Shown: positions 20,206 to 30,576 of the stretch, in pieces
How positions within the stretch are numbered: position 1 is the first letter of the stretch
Layout: each line of letters starts with the position of its first letter
Source of the DNA: an uncultured archaeon
GTDB taxonomy: Archaea; Altiarchaeota; Altiarchaeia; IMC4; SCGC-AAA252-I15
Direction: 5' to 3'
NCBI GenBank assembly: GCA_964587725.1
Contig: CAZPLO010000003.1
Location: 21,660 to 85,659 of the forward strand
DNA length: 64,000 nt
Made by a program: the position numbers and the translations under genes
Notes under the pieces: generated by a model
Seen by the model: the letters and a program-made list of their open reading frames with translations, nothing else
The model's database searches: none
Told to the model about the DNA's origin: nothing

Positions 20206-21429
20206 CTAGTAGTCCGACAGCGTCTTCTGCCCGCCTTTATAGTATCTGTCTTTTTCACCTTCCAACGTGGGTCTGCCGTACATGCCTCCGCCGCCTGCGA
20301 CGTACTTCATCCGCCCCTGGCGGAACAAATTCACTATGGTGCCGACTTCCCGGTCCGCGGCTATCACCTCCCCTATGTCTGCGTCCACGAGCACGTTTAT
20401 TTCGGAGCCGAAGCGTTCCACCAGCATGTCCCACCGGTCCTTAACCTTCTTGCTGGTTATGGTCTTCGTCTTCGTAGCCAGCGCGATGACTTCCGCCAAC
20501 GGTATTATGTGTATGTACGGGGGCCGGTGGCTGGGGTGCCTGGGTTCGTCCCATGTCGCGAGATCGCTTATCCTGTCCGCCACACCCTTCTTTATGATGC
20601 CCCTGCACTCCGGACACCGTCTTTTGAGATTCAGAGCGTCCTCCCACCTGAACTTGAGGTAGCATCTGCTGCACGCCGTGATATGGTATTTCCCCTCCAG
20701 CGGGTTCAACCCCACGTTCAACGAGAACCCGCGTCCGCCGTCCCGCATTATGGCCTTCCGCATTTCATTGAAAGACGGCTCCTTGACGCGTATGCGGTTG
20801 AATTCTCGGCCCAGCCGGTGGGGCCAGGGGCTGTGGCAGTCGCTGTTGCTCATGAACGTAAGGTCCTGCAGTTCTTCCACCCTGTCGGCGCGGCCGGTGT
20901 CTGCGCTCAAACCCAGCTCAAGGAAGCTGACGTGCTTCAGGTTGTCGCCGTAGCAGTCACGGAGCGAATCGTATTCCTTGTAGACGGCGGTCCACGGCGT
21001 GAACGCGTGCGACGGCCCAACCAGGCCGCCTGCGTCGACGACGTAGCCTACTATCTCCTCCCCGGTCAATGACAGGTTGGGTCTGCCGTCGGACTTCATG
21101 TTCGGCGAGAAACGGGATAACGCGTCGGCGAGGTTGTCCGCGGCCGTGAGAGACGGCAGCAGTATCACGTGGTGAACCCGCTTCTTGTCCTCCACTTCAA
21201 CCTGGACGATGAACCTGGTCTTAGAGTTTTCCGCACTGTAGAGTCCATTTTCCTCCACCAGGTTCTCACGCAGGTGCTTCCTCCACCTCGGATGCAGGGC
21301 GTCGGCGGTGGCGACGACATCCAACCCCTTCAGCGGCGCCTGCTCGGCCAGCAGCGGCACCGTCATGTTCTTGCTGGTTCCGCCGCTGTACCGTCCGTGG
21401 ACGTGGAAGTCCGCGTCTAACTCAATCAT
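20206..21429 (-). CDS. endonuclease Q family (TIGR00375) PHP-domain protein
   Basis: DFHVHGRYS, HAFTPW, ELGLSAD, NSDCHS, LGREFN, GKYH, CxxC...CxxC zinc finger. Confidence 0.88.
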   Translation of the reverse strand: MIELDADFHVHGRYSGGTSKNMTVPLLAEQAPLKGLDVVATADALHPRWRKHLRENLVEENGLYSAENSKTRFIVQVEVEDKKRVHHVILLPSLTAADNLADALSRFSPNMKSDGRPNLSLTGEEIVGYVVDAGGLVGPSHAFTPWTAVYKEYDSLRDCYGDNLKHVSFLELGLSADTGRADRVEELQDLTFMSNSDCHSPWPHRLGREFNRIRVKEPSFNEMRKAIMRDGGRGFSLNVGLNPLEGKYHITACSRCYLKFRWEDALNLKRRCPECRGIIKKGVADRISDLATWDEPRHPSHRPPYIHIIPLAEVIALATKTKTITSKKVKDRWDMLVERFGSEINVLVDADIGEVIAADREVGTIVNLFRQGRMKYVAGGGGMYGRPTLEGEKDRYYKGGQKTLSDY

Positions 21430-23120
21430 CGTTCCTTGAGGCGGTATAGTGTGGCCTGGTATACGCCGGAGTCCAGGTCTTTGTGGTGCCAGTCCTCGTT
21501 CTCCATGGTGAACTCCTTGGTGGTCTTGAATTCGTTGAAGAGTTCGAGGGCGTAGAGTCCGCTCAGCGGCAGGGCTTCGTGGCTGTCCCGGTCGACCACG
21601 ATTCTCCTGTCCGGGTTCAGCACGAGGTTCTCGTACGCCTTGCCGGTGGCTCGGTTGAACAACACCTGCTGTTCCTGGTCGTAGGCGAGGATGTTCTGCG
21701 GGAGGAAGTCGTAGCTCAGTCCGGCGGTGGTGACGTAAACGTTCGTTCCGTTGCGGAGGTACTCGTGGATTAGTCTGAAGTGCTCCTGCATGGCCTGCTG
21801 GTCCATGGGGTTGGGGTGGCCCATGGGCTTCCGGATTCCGCCGTAGTATTCATAGTGCTGCGTCTCGTCCATGCCTATCACAGCCGAGTTCTCAGGCACT
21901 TCCTCGCCTATTTTTTCGGCGAACTCGCAGGGGCCGCAGCGGCGGCTCCTGTATTCGAAGACGCTGTGGGTGTTCAATAGCATCAGTATCACCAGCGCGG
22001 CAACGGCGGAGTGTGTGATGTGGCCCCACCGTTTGAACGCGTACTCGAGCCCCCACCCCATCATTATCACCGCGGGGGGGAACGCGTGGAAGAAGAAGTA
22101 CGGGGACACGCCCTGGAAGTTCCCGAACACCATGAAATACGAGACCATCCAGAACACCAGCGCAAACCACACCCCCTTTCTGCGGCGGTAGTTCACCAGC
22201 AAGCCTCCGGCGAGTATAAGCCACCCCAGCAGGCTGATGGTCTTCGTCACCCAGGGGATGGAATAGTTCAGCAGGTTGTCGGAGAACAGGCTGAACCCGC
22301 TCTGCTCTCCGCCGGCGAACAGAAACGCGTCTATGAGGCTCCAACCCGGCTGGTGTATCATCCTCGGCACGTAGAAGAGTGCGAACACGATGAACACCGG
22401 CACCACCAATGCAATAACGTCCTCGACGATACTCCACGGGCTGTCGCTGAACTTTATCCTCACTGCATCCTTTTTCTTCTTAACCGCCACGGGCAGCCGG
22501 TCTGAGTAGTAGAACAGTAGGAGTGCGGGTATGAACAGGAACTCCTGCTGCCTCACGGCTGCTGCGTAGCCGAGCATCGCCCCCGCCCCTATCTTCCATT
22601 TCAGCTCCTGGTTTTCACGCGCCTTCAAGGCCAGCCACACCGCCAGCATTATCGCCGCCGACCCGAGGGTAAGGTCCTTGGGGAACGTGGAGAGTGAAAT
22701 GTGTTCCGGGAGGAATGCTAGTATGGCTCCTGCATAGGCCCCGGCTTCCCCGCTGCCGGTGAGCTCCTTCGTGAGATAGTATATCATGACCGCCCCCAAA
22801 GCGCCTACCACTGCGTTGGAGTACAGCAGTATGTTCTCCGCGGACTGGCTGCCGGTGAGCAGGTGCCATCCGCCGTACACGAGGACGTTGAATGCTGCGT
22901 AGCCGGGGTAGCCGAGGACGCCCTGCAGGTAATACAGTCTGCCGTCGCGTATCGACCCTTCGGCACGGCGGGCTGCTATCACCGAGTCGGTGTGCCAGAG
23001 GCCAGGGTGGAGGTAGTAGAGTCTAACCGTCAGCGCCAGCAGCAATAACGCCGCCACCACATACTTCTCCTTGCCTTTGTCTACCACGCCGAACAGTTTC
23101 TTCCCAGCCATCTCCTTCAT
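21426..23120 (-). CDS. GT-C (family 39-like) membrane glycosyltransferase
   Basis: Multi-TM protein, LTVRLY...WHTD loop, glycosylation-cluster context. Confidence 0.7.
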   Translation of the reverse strand: MKEMAGKKLFGVVDKGKEKYVVAALLLLALTVRLYYLHPGLWHTDSVIAARRAEGSIRDGRLYYLQGVLGYPGYAAFNVLVYGGWHLLTGSQSAENILLYSNAVVGALGAVMIYYLTKELTGSGEAGAYAGAILAFLPEHISLSTFPKDLTLGSAAIMLAVWLALKARENQELKWKIGAGAMLGYAAAVRQQEFLFIPALLLFYYSDRLPVAVKKKKDAVRIKFSDSPWSIVEDVIALVVPVFIVFALFYVPRMIHQPGWSLIDAFLFAGGEQSGFSLFSDNLLNYSIPWVTKTISLLGWLILAGGLLVNYRRRKGVWFALVFWMVSYFMVFGNFQGVSPYFFFHAFPPAVIMMGWGLEYAFKRWGHITHSAVAALVILMLLNTHSVFEYRSRRCGPCEFAEKIGEEVPENSAVIGMDETQHYEYYGGIRKPMGHPNPMDQQAMQEHFRLIHEYLRNGTNVYVTTAGLSYDFLPQNILAYDQEQQVLFNRATGKAYENLVLNPDRRIVVDRDSHEALPLSGLYALELFNEFKTTKEFTMENEDWHHKDLDSGVYQATLYRLKER

Positions 23121-23153
23121 CTTTAATTAACGTACAGGTTTAATATACCTGGG

Positions 23154-24344
23154 ATGAAGGTACTGTTCCTGTCGAATGAGCGGCTTCTTCCGCTGTCCGG
23201 CGGCGGCAGCGTCGGCAACCTGAAGATTGTGGGCAAGATGGTGGAGCGCGGCCACGACGTCACCGTAGCCACCCCCATGTATCTGGGGGTGGAGGAGCTC
23301 CGCCGCATAGAAGTCGAACACAACATCCGTCTGAAGCCGTTTTCACCCTACTACATACACCGGAACATATCACTCCGCGGCCCCAAATACATTCTGTACT
23401 CTGTCTTGTTCACCTTCCACATCCTCCGTCTCCTGCTGGCTGAAAGGTATGATGTCCTGTTCGTCCGGAACTGCCTGATCGGGGCTCCTGCTCTGCTGTT
23501 CAAGCCGTTCGTGAAAAGCCTGTACGCAATCAGTTTGACCGACTTCCTCACAGGGTTCCTCCACGAGCACGGCCTCTACCCTAGCCCGGTTGTGGACCTG
23601 CTGTTTTGGCTGGAGCGAAAGGTCCCTTGCGGCTTCGACCAGGTGTTCGTGATTACGCCGGAGATGAAGCGGATTCTGTCGGAGGCGGGGTGCCACCCCA
23701 GCAAAATCGTCGTCTCCTACGACGGCGTTGAAACCAGCGTCTTCAACCCCGACGCGGTCTCGGACGAAGAGGTTGGTTCCATAAGGGAGTCGTTCGGCGT
23801 GGAGCAGAAGCTTGTGTTGTTCCACGGAGCCATACTGTTCACGGACGAGAAGGCCATGCAGGGCCTGCGGGAGGCGATTAAGCGGACGGTTGAGCGGAGC
23901 GACGACATAACCTTCGTGCTGATAGGGCACGGGAAGAAATACGACGTCATCAAGGCGGAGATGGGGTCCGACCGCGTGCGGTTCCCAGGGTACATAGAAC
24001 ACGACCTCCTGCCCAAGTACATTAGGGCTGCGGATGTCGGCATAATACCGTATAAGCGGAACTTCAACAACGACATCATCATCACGTTGAAGCTGCTGGA
24101 GTACCTGTCTATGGGGCTGCCGGTGGTGTCGACTAGGCTGAAGAGCATCGCGGAACTCTTCGGCGGGTACGATTTCGTCCGCATCACCGACACGCCGGAG
24201 GAGTTCGCCGCCGCAGTCGTGGAGGTGAGCGAGCACGGTAAGTCCGGGGACGCGGTGAACCTGATAAGGGACCGTTTCAGTTGGGACCACGTAACCGAAC
24301 ACATCGTCTCGTCTGTGGAAGACAGTCTGGGCTCCGGAGGTTGA
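23154..24344 (+). CDS. glycosyltransferase family 4
   Basis: RGHDVTV, ADVGIIP, KLLEYLSMGLPVVST, FSWD. Confidence 0.9.
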   Translation: MKVLFLSNERLLPLSGGGSVGNLKIVGKMVERGHDVTVATPMYLGVEELRRIEVEHNIRLKPFSPYYIHRNISLRGPKYILYSVLFTFHILRLLLAERYDVLFVRNCLIGAPALLFKPFVKSLYAISLTDFLTGFLHEHGLYPSPVVDLLFWLERKVPCGFDQVFVITPEMKRILSEAGCHPSKIVVSYDGVETSVFNPDAVSDEEVGSIRESFGVEQKLVLFHGAILFTDEKAMQGLREAIKRTVERSDDITFVLIGHGKKYDVIKAEMGSDRVRFPGYIEHDLLPKYIRAADVGIIPYKRNFNNDIIITLKLLEYLSMGLPVVSTRLKSIAELFGGYDFVRITDTPEEFAAAVVEVSEHGKSGDAVNLIRDRFSWDHVTEHIVSSVEDSLGSGG

Positions 24345-24389
24345 AGAACGAGTAAACTGTATGCAGCCGCTGCCGCGGTCACGGCGTTT

Positions 24390-24995
24390 ATGTTCGCGGC
24401 CACCCTGTTCTTTTACGGGCAGCTGCCCGACAGAGTGGCTTCGCACTGGAGTATTAGGGGTGAAGTGGACGGCTACATGGGCAGGTTCTGGGGTGCGTTC
24501 CTCATCCCGTTGATGACCGCCGCCCTGATGGTGGTGTTCAAGGTAATCCCCCGGATAGACCCGCTGCGGAAGAACATAGAATCATTCAAAGAATACTACT
24601 ACGGGTTCGTGCTGGTGCTCGCATTGTTCCTGGCTGGCTTGCAGCTTCAGATTCTGCTGTGGAACGTCGGCGTCAAGGTGAGCCCGTCGGCTACGATGCC
24701 ATTCGGCATCGGCATGTTGTTCCTCTATCTGGGGTATCTGCTCAACCATACCAAACGAAACTGGTTCGTGGGCATCCGGACTCCGTGGACGCTGAGCAGC
24801 GACCGGGTGTGGGATAAAACACATGAAAAGGGCTCGGTGTTGTTCAAGGCGTCCGGCGCGATAGCGTTGGTGGGCGCGTTGTTCCCCGACCAAAGCATCT
24901 GGTTCATATTGGTGCCGGTGCTCGCCTCAACGGCGTACCTGTTCATATACAGTTACCTGGAGTATCAGAAGGAGCGGAAGCCTACTTCCCCTTGA
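24390..24995 (+). CDS. DUF1648/SdpI family membrane protein
   Basis: LPDRVASHW...GEVDG, RNWFVGIRTPWTL...WDKTH. Confidence 0.88.
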   Translation: MFAATLFFYGQLPDRVASHWSIRGEVDGYMGRFWGAFLIPLMTAALMVVFKVIPRIDPLRKNIESFKEYYYGFVLVLALFLAGLQLQILLWNVGVKVSPSATMPFGIGMLFLYLGYLLNHTKRNWFVGIRTPWTLSSDRVWDKTHEKGSVLFKASGAIALVGALFPDQSIWFILVPVLASTAYLFIYSYLEYQKERKPTSP

Positions 24996-26430
24996 GCAGG
25001 TACGTCGTCTTGCCGAGGACGTTGTCCAGTAGCGCTTTTGCGCCGCCGTAGTCGTGTATCATCTTCAGGTACTGGAGGCTCTGCCGGGGGTTCAGCGCGA
25101 CCTTCATCATTATCTTGCGGCGGCACCGGTGCATCATCCCGCTGATTTCGACGCCGCTCAACCCAGGGTACTCCACGACCGCGTCTTTTGTCGTGTAGTC
25201 CCGCCAGTCTTCAACGTTCAGCCACCCGTTTTCTTCTGCGAGGCGGTAGAATTCCGTGCCCGGGTAGGGTATGGCGACGCTGAACTGCGCCGTGTCGGTG
25301 CCAAGTTCGAACGCGAACTTCATGGTCTCCTCCATGGTCTCCCGCGTCTCCCCCGGGAGGCCGAACATGTATGTGGCGTGGGATTCGATGCCTATCCTCT
25401 TCAGCAGCTTCACCACCCGCTTCACCTCGTCGAGGTTCACGTGTTTTTTGATGTTCTTCAGGATTTCGGGGTTGGCGCTTTCCACGCCGAATTTTATGGC
25501 GACGCACCCCGCATCCTTCATCGCAACTAATGTATCCTCTTCGAGTTTGGCGTCGGCCATGCACGACCAGCTCACCTTCAACCCCCTCTGCATTATTTCC
25601 TCGCATATCTTCAGCACCCTGTCCTGGTCTACGCTGAAGCTGCTGTCGTCGAAGTATATCTCTTTGGCGCCGTAGTTTTCCATCAGATACTGCATCTCGT
25701 CGACGACTTCTTTCGGCTTGCGGGCGCGGTAGCTCCTCATCCCGTAGAAGAGGTGGGGTTCGACGCAGTATATGCACTGGTAGGGGCAGCCGCGGCTACT
25801 CCACATCTGCGCGTTCGGCGCGTGCTTGCAGAACGGGTCAATGTATTTTTCCATCGGCAGCTGCTCCCGCAGCGGATACGGCATGCTGTCGACGTCCGCC
25901 AGCGGAGCCTTCTCGTTTACTATGGGCTTTTCGTCTCTCCTGCACCCGAGGCTCTTTATATCCGAGATGTCCCCTCCTTTCTCCAGCGCGTCGGCGAGCT
26001 GCAGCAGCGGCTGCTCATACTCATACGTTATTACGTAGTCCACGTATTCCTCTTTGAGGAGTTCTTCGGGGCGGGCGGTGGCGTGCGGCCCCGTCAACAC
26101 CGTTGTAGCCAACTCTTTCGCCTTTCGCGTCCACATCAAATCGTTCCCTATCGACGGCGTAGACGTCTCGAACACCACCAAGTCGGGATTCACGTCATCA
26201 ATCAGCCGGAGAAATTCCGCATCCGACATCTCCTCGGCGATGCAGTCCTTCAAAACGACCTCGTGGCCGCCCTCCTTCAAAACGGCGGCGGCGTAGGCGA
26301 GGAAGAACGGGAACGGGTAATAAGGGAGCTGCTCCCGCTTCAATTTCAGGTGCGGCCACCTGCTGCCCGCGCGCAAACCCATTTTTTCGCCGTCGCTTAT
26401 CCAGGGCAGGTTAGCCAGCAAAACCCTCAT
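24982..26430 (-). CDS. B12-binding radical SAM protein (HpnJ-like)
   Basis: RAGSRWPH, cobalamin-binding N-domain, SRGCPYQCIYC, GVES, PYPGT. Confidence 0.88.
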   Translation of the reverse strand: MRVLLANLPWISDGEKMGLRAGSRWPHLKLKREQLPYYPFPFFLAYAAAVLKEGGHEVVLKDCIAEEMSDAEFLRLIDDVNPDLVVFETSTPSIGNDLMWTRKAKELATTVLTGPHATARPEELLKEEYVDYVITYEYEQPLLQLADALEKGGDISDIKSLGCRRDEKPIVNEKAPLADVDSMPYPLREQLPMEKYIDPFCKHAPNAQMWSSRGCPYQCIYCVEPHLFYGMRSYRARKPKEVVDEMQYLMENYGAKEIYFDDSSFSVDQDRVLKICEEIMQRGLKVSWSCMADAKLEEDTLVAMKDAGCVAIKFGVESANPEILKNIKKHVNLDEVKRVVKLLKRIGIESHATYMFGLPGETRETMEETMKFAFELGTDTAQFSVAIPYPGTEFYRLAEENGWLNVEDWRDYTTKDAVVEYPGLSGVEISGMMHRCRRKIMMKVALNPRQSLQYLKMIHDYGGAKALLDNVLGKTTYLLKGK

Positions 26431-27376
26431 CGTCTCCTATCTTTTGGTTCCACGCGATTAAATAGCCTGCCAGCGCCACCGGCGCCAGCGACAGCAGCAA
26501 CAGCATCGCAGACAACGCTATCATGTGTTCGCGGCCGACGCCCATCAGCCCGAACAGAAACAGTATGGTGGCGTCCCGCGTCCCCAGTCCCATCACCGAC
26601 AGCGGCAGCACCTCCGCCACCGATATGATGGGCACGAACATGATGAACATCCACCACTCCACCTCCAACCCTATGGCCTGTCCGAAGAAGTACGGCCGCG
26701 TGAAGATTATAACCCACCCCGTCAGGGTCAACGCCATGACCGTCCACTTCCTGTTACTGTCCCTGAACTCACCTACCGTTTCATGGAATGTGCTGAACAG
26801 CTCACGGGTGTTCCTCCTGAACCGTTCGGGTATGAGGAAGGCATGCAGCGGCCTCAGGATTGTCATCGACAGCCGCTGGTTCAACGCCACCGCCAGCGCG
26901 CACACGACCGCGGCCGCAGGAACTGCAAGGGCAAGTATGCTGCCTGCTCCGCCAGCCAATGTGAACGCTAAGGCTGCAGACGCGGCTGCTGCTCCGATGA
27001 ACAGGAACATGAAGTTTATTATCCTGTCCAGCAGTCCGACGGTGAACGCCTTGGTCAGCGACAATCCGGTGTCGTCCCTGATTCTCGTGACTTTGACGAA
27101 GTCCCCCGCCTTCCCCGGCGTAACAGCCCCGAAGGCGACGCCTATCATGTACGCCCTGAAAGCGTTCCAGTAGCCGATGGGGGAGTACGTTCCAACCAGG
27201 ACCATCCAGCTGAGGCTCCTTACTAGGACCTCCAGTGTGACGAACGACAGCCCCATCACCAGATACGCGGGGTCTGCGTTCAAAATTATTTCCGCCGTCT
27301 TGCCCACGTCGACGGTCGACAGTATGCCGATGAACAGCAGCAGCCCGACAGCCGACAGATACCTCATCCACCTCAT
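26411..27376 (-). CDS. flippase-like protein (lysylphosphatidylglycerol synthase TM family)
   Basis: VTPGKAGDFVK, LLDR, LPLSVMGLGTRD. Confidence 0.85.
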   Translation of the reverse strand: MRWMRYLSAVGLLLFIGILSTVDVGKTAEIILNADPAYLVMGLSFVTLEVLVRSLSWMVLVGTYSPIGYWNAFRAYMIGVAFGAVTPGKAGDFVKVTRIRDDTGLSLTKAFTVGLLDRIINFMFLFIGAAAASAALAFTLAGGAGSILALAVPAAAVVCALAVALNQRLSMTILRPLHAFLIPERFRRNTRELFSTFHETVGEFRDSNRKWTVMALTLTGWVIIFTRPYFFGQAIGLEVEWWMFIMFVPIISVAEVLPLSVMGLGTRDATILFLFGLMGVGREHMIALSAMLLLLSLAPVALAGYLIAWNQKIGDDEGFAG

Positions 27377-27433
27377 TTGAAATTGTTTATAATTTTTTTA
27401 TATTATTTTGAATTTTGTTTAAACTGTTTAAAC

Positions 27434-28357
27434 TCATCTCCGCCAGTGTTCGAGGGTGTCCTCCAACGTCTTTTCAATCCCTATCTCCTGCTTCCACCCC
27501 GTATCATTCACGAACTTTCTGTTGTCGCCCATGATTATCGGCTCGTCCGTCGGCCGGAGTAGGTTAGGGTCTTCGAATGTTTCCACCTTCCCGTCGGCCA
27601 TGCCGACGAGTCCGTCGAGGAGGTCGCCTATCCTGTACGCCTTCATGCCACAGAGGTTGTATGCTTCACCGTAGTCTGCGTCGCGGCACATGTACAGCGC
27701 CCGTGCCATGTCGCGGACGTCCGTGATATCTCTCTTAGCCTCCAGGTTCCCGTGCCTAACCTTGTCCCTTTTACCTGCTTCGCATTCCGCCACCCGCTTG
27801 GCGAAGTCGGACACCACGTCCTTCACCTTGCCCGGGCCGGTGGTGTTGAATATCCTCGCCCGCACAGTCTTCACTTCGTTGTTCCTGTAATACTGGTATG
27901 CAAGCAGGTCCTGCGCGACCTTGCTGACGCCGTAGGGGTGAAGCGGCTTCAGCAGATGGTCTTCCCTCACCGGCACCTCGTCTTCCGACACGAACCCGTA
28001 TTCCGCCGAAGAACACGCCACCACGATTACAGGGTCCATCCCATGCTTCAATACGCTCTCGAACAAATTAGCAGTCCCAACAACGTTGGTCTCCAGCGTC
28101 AGCTGCGGCTTCTCCCACGACACGGTGGGGTAGCTCTGCGCCGCCAGATGGAATATCAGCTCCGGCATGGATTTGCCGACGGCGTCGTTGACTTCCTCCA
28201 TGGAGCGGACGTCGCATTTCACATACCTGTCAGCGTCCAGTCCTTTCGCGTATTTCCCCTCCTGCACGGACGCCCACACCTCATGCCCCTCAGCCTTCAG
28301 CAGTGTGAGGAGGTGCCGCCCTATGAACCCTTCCGCCCCCGTGACCAATGCATTCAT
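27434..28357 (-). CDS. GDP-mannose 4,6-dehydratase / GDP-4-keto-6-deoxymannose reductase-like SDR
   Basis: TGAEGFIG, HLAAQS, SSAEYG, PYGVSK, GNLEAKRD. Confidence 0.85.
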   Translation of the reverse strand: MNALVTGAEGFIGRHLLTLLKAEGHEVWASVQEGKYAKGLDADRYVKCDVRSMEEVNDAVGKSMPELIFHLAAQSYPTVSWEKPQLTLETNVVGTANLFESVLKHGMDPVIVVACSSAEYGFVSEDEVPVREDHLLKPLHPYGVSKVAQDLLAYQYYRNNEVKTVRARIFNTTGPGKVKDVVSDFAKRVAECEAGKRDKVRHGNLEAKRDITDVRDMARALYMCRDADYGEAYNLCGMKAYRIGDLLDGLVGMADGKVETFEDPNLLRPTDEPIIMGDNRKFVNDTGWKQEIGIEKTLEDTLEHWRR

Positions 28358-29370
28358 TTGAACAGTTCACCGTGTTCCACGGTCCACTCCACAATCTCCT
28401 TCACGCCCTCTTTCACGCCGACCTTCGGCTTCCACCCCGTCTCCTTTTTGAGGCGGGTGGTGTCGCTTATGTAGACTCTCTGGTCCCCCATCCGCCAGTC
28501 GTCGTACGACACCTCCGACCGCTTCCCTGTCAAGTCCTCTATGACGTCCAAGAGTTCGGTGAGGGAGATGGTGTTTTCGGGGCCGCCGCCGAGGTTGTAT
28601 GCGCGGCCGTCAGTCTTCCTGATTTTCTCGGCCAGGGTCTCGAACGCGGCGTTCTGGTCTGTTACGTAGAGTATGTCCCGCACCTGCTTCCCGTCGCCGT
28701 ATATGGTGATGGGTTTCCCTGTTACGGCGGCGATGGTGAACCATGCCACCCACCCCTGGTCTTCGTTCCCGAACTGGCGTGTCCCGTAGATGCAGCTCAT
28801 CCGCGCCTTAGCGGTCTTCAGTCCGAAGCTGCTGTTGTATGTGTCGAGTATGAACTCGGATATTATCTTGCTGCCTCCGTAGGGGCAGTTGCTCTCCAGC
28901 GGATACGACTCGTCTATCCCCATTATCTCACTGTAACTGTATCTGCTGTCGCCTTCGTCCACGGGCAGCTCTAGGTCGCCGTATACCTTGTTTGTCGAGC
29001 ACAGTACGATGGCTGGGTCGCAGCTTCCCTGCCGCACGGCCTCGCAGAGGTTGAAGGTTCCGTCCGCGTTCGTTTCGTAGTCTAGGCGCGGATTTTCCAG
29101 GGATGTGGTGACAGCCACCTGCGCCGCACAGTGGTACACCGTCTCCACACAGTCCATGATTCCGTCGAAGGTCTTCGGCTCCGATATGTCCCCTTTCACG
29201 AACTTCAGCCCCGGATAGTTGTCGCGGAGGTATCCTATGTTGTATCCGGTCCTCGACAGGTTGTCCACTACCGTCACATCGTCTCCATTTTTCACATGGT
29301 GTTCCGCCAGGTGCGAGCCTATGAACCCCGCGCCGCCAGTCACAAGAACCTTCACTTCAAACGCCTCCAA
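28354..29370 (-). CDS. CDP-paratose 2-epimerase-like NAD-dependent epimerase
   Basis: TGGAGFIG, AQVAVTTS, STNKVYG, RMSCIYG...EDQGWVAWF. Confidence 0.85.
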   Translation of the reverse strand: MEAFEVKVLVTGGAGFIGSHLAEHHVKNGDDVTVVDNLSRTGYNIGYLRDNYPGLKFVKGDISEPKTFDGIMDCVETVYHCAAQVAVTTSLENPRLDYETNADGTFNLCEAVRQGSCDPAIVLCSTNKVYGDLELPVDEGDSRYSYSEIMGIDESYPLESNCPYGGSKIISEFILDTYNSSFGLKTAKARMSCIYGTRQFGNEDQGWVAWFTIAAVTGKPITIYGDGKQVRDILYVTDQNAAFETLAEKIRKTDGRAYNLGGGPENTISLTELLDVIEDLTGKRSEVSYDDWRMGDQRVYISDTTRLKKETGWKPKVGVKEGVKEIVEWTVEHGELFK

Positions 29371-30064
29371 TCTTCGCTCTCAACATGATATTGTTTATTA
29401 TGTTTCTCAGTATCTTATTTAACGTTATCTTCGACGCACCCGCCTTCCGCTGCCGGAACAGTATCGGCACCTCCTTCACCCTGAACCCTTTCCTCGCAAC
29501 CCGTAGCAGTGTCTCAGGTCCGTCGTATATGCGCCGGTCTGTTACGTAACCGTCGAGGTCGAGCTGTCTCAGCACCTCTGTCTTGAATGCCTTGTAGCCT
29601 CCGGTGCAGTCCCTGTACGGCAGACCAAGTACGAGACGGGCGTAGGCGTTGGCGGCGCGGCTTATCAGCTTCCTCATCGGACTCCAGCCGGGCGTCCCCC
29701 CGCCCTCAACGTACCGTGAACCGACGACCACGTCGCATCCGTGGAGTTCACTGAGAAGCCTTTTTATGTCTGCCGGGTCGTGGCTGAAGTCCGCGTCCAT
29801 TTCAACGAGGGCGTCGTATCCTCTTTCGACGGCCCACTTGAACCCTGCGCGGCCTGCCTTTCCCCTCCCTCTCTCCTTTCTGTGAAGAATATGTACTCTC
29901 CCGTCTTTGGCCGCCAGCTCATCAACCACCTTCCCCGTCCCGTCGGGGCTATCATCGTCCACTACGAGGACGTCGAGGCCAGGGTCCTGCTCCACCAATG
30001 CCCCTATAATATCCACTATGTTCTCGCGTTCGTTGTATGTGGGCAGCATCGCGACGGCCTTCAT
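29357..30064 (-). CDS. polyprenol-phosphate glycosyltransferase (GT2, Dpm1-like)
   Basis: PTYNEREN, VDDDSPDGT, MDADFSHDP, GSRY. Confidence 0.9.
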   Translation of the reverse strand: MKAVAMLPTYNERENIVDIIGALVEQDPGLDVLVVDDDSPDGTGKVVDELAAKDGRVHILHRKERGRGKAGRAGFKWAVERGYDALVEMDADFSHDPADIKRLLSELHGCDVVVGSRYVEGGGTPGWSPMRKLISRAANAYARLVLGLPYRDCTGGYKAFKTEVLRQLDLDGYVTDRRIYDGPETLLRVARKGFRVKEVPILFRQRKAGASKITLNKILRNIINNIMLRAKIGGV

Positions 30065-30261
30065 GACATAGGGATTTGGTTTCAGAACTTAAATTAAGGA
30101 GGAGCATGAGGAGGGGGGTGTGGGCTATGTCCCCCTCCGTTGTGGGTGGTCTAAATTCGGTGTATTTCACCTAGGATAGCTTTCTTAAAGCAACTATCCA
30201 TATGATAATCTCTTTGCTTGCATTTAAGTATTTAGGTTTCCTATGAGAAACTAAAAATAAG

Positions 30262-30576
30262 ATGACTAAGAGAGAGAAGGAGCTGGACATCATGGGGTTC
30301 CTGGCGTCGAAGAAGTGGATACTCCTGGTGCTGACCGAACTCTACTTCCACGGCACCCAGCGGTTCAACGAACTCCTGGAGAACATGCGTGTGGTGAGCC
30401 CGAAGATATTGTCGCGGCGGCTGAAGGAACTGGAGGAGCGCGGCCTCGTGGTCCGCCGGAAGTTCAACGAGATCCCCCCGCGGGTCGAGTACACCCTGAC
30501 TTCCAAGGGCATGGAGTTGGTGAAGTCGTTCGAGGGCATCGGGAAGTGGGCTATCAAGTGGGAGCGCGACCTCTAG
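30262..30576 (+). CDS. HxlR-family winged-helix regulator
   Basis: KW...RFNEL...SPKILSRRLKELE..GLV.R...PPRVEYTLT. Confidence 0.92.
   Translation: MTKREKELDIMGFLASKKWILLVLTELYFHGTQRFNELLENMRVVSPKILSRRLKELEERGLVVRRKFNEIPPRVEYTLTSKGMELVKSFEGIGKWAIKWERDL

Noticed and set aside
29952-30170. 72-aa ORF upstream of the GT2 gene
   Set aside because: Overlaps GT2 out of frame and has no recognisable motif
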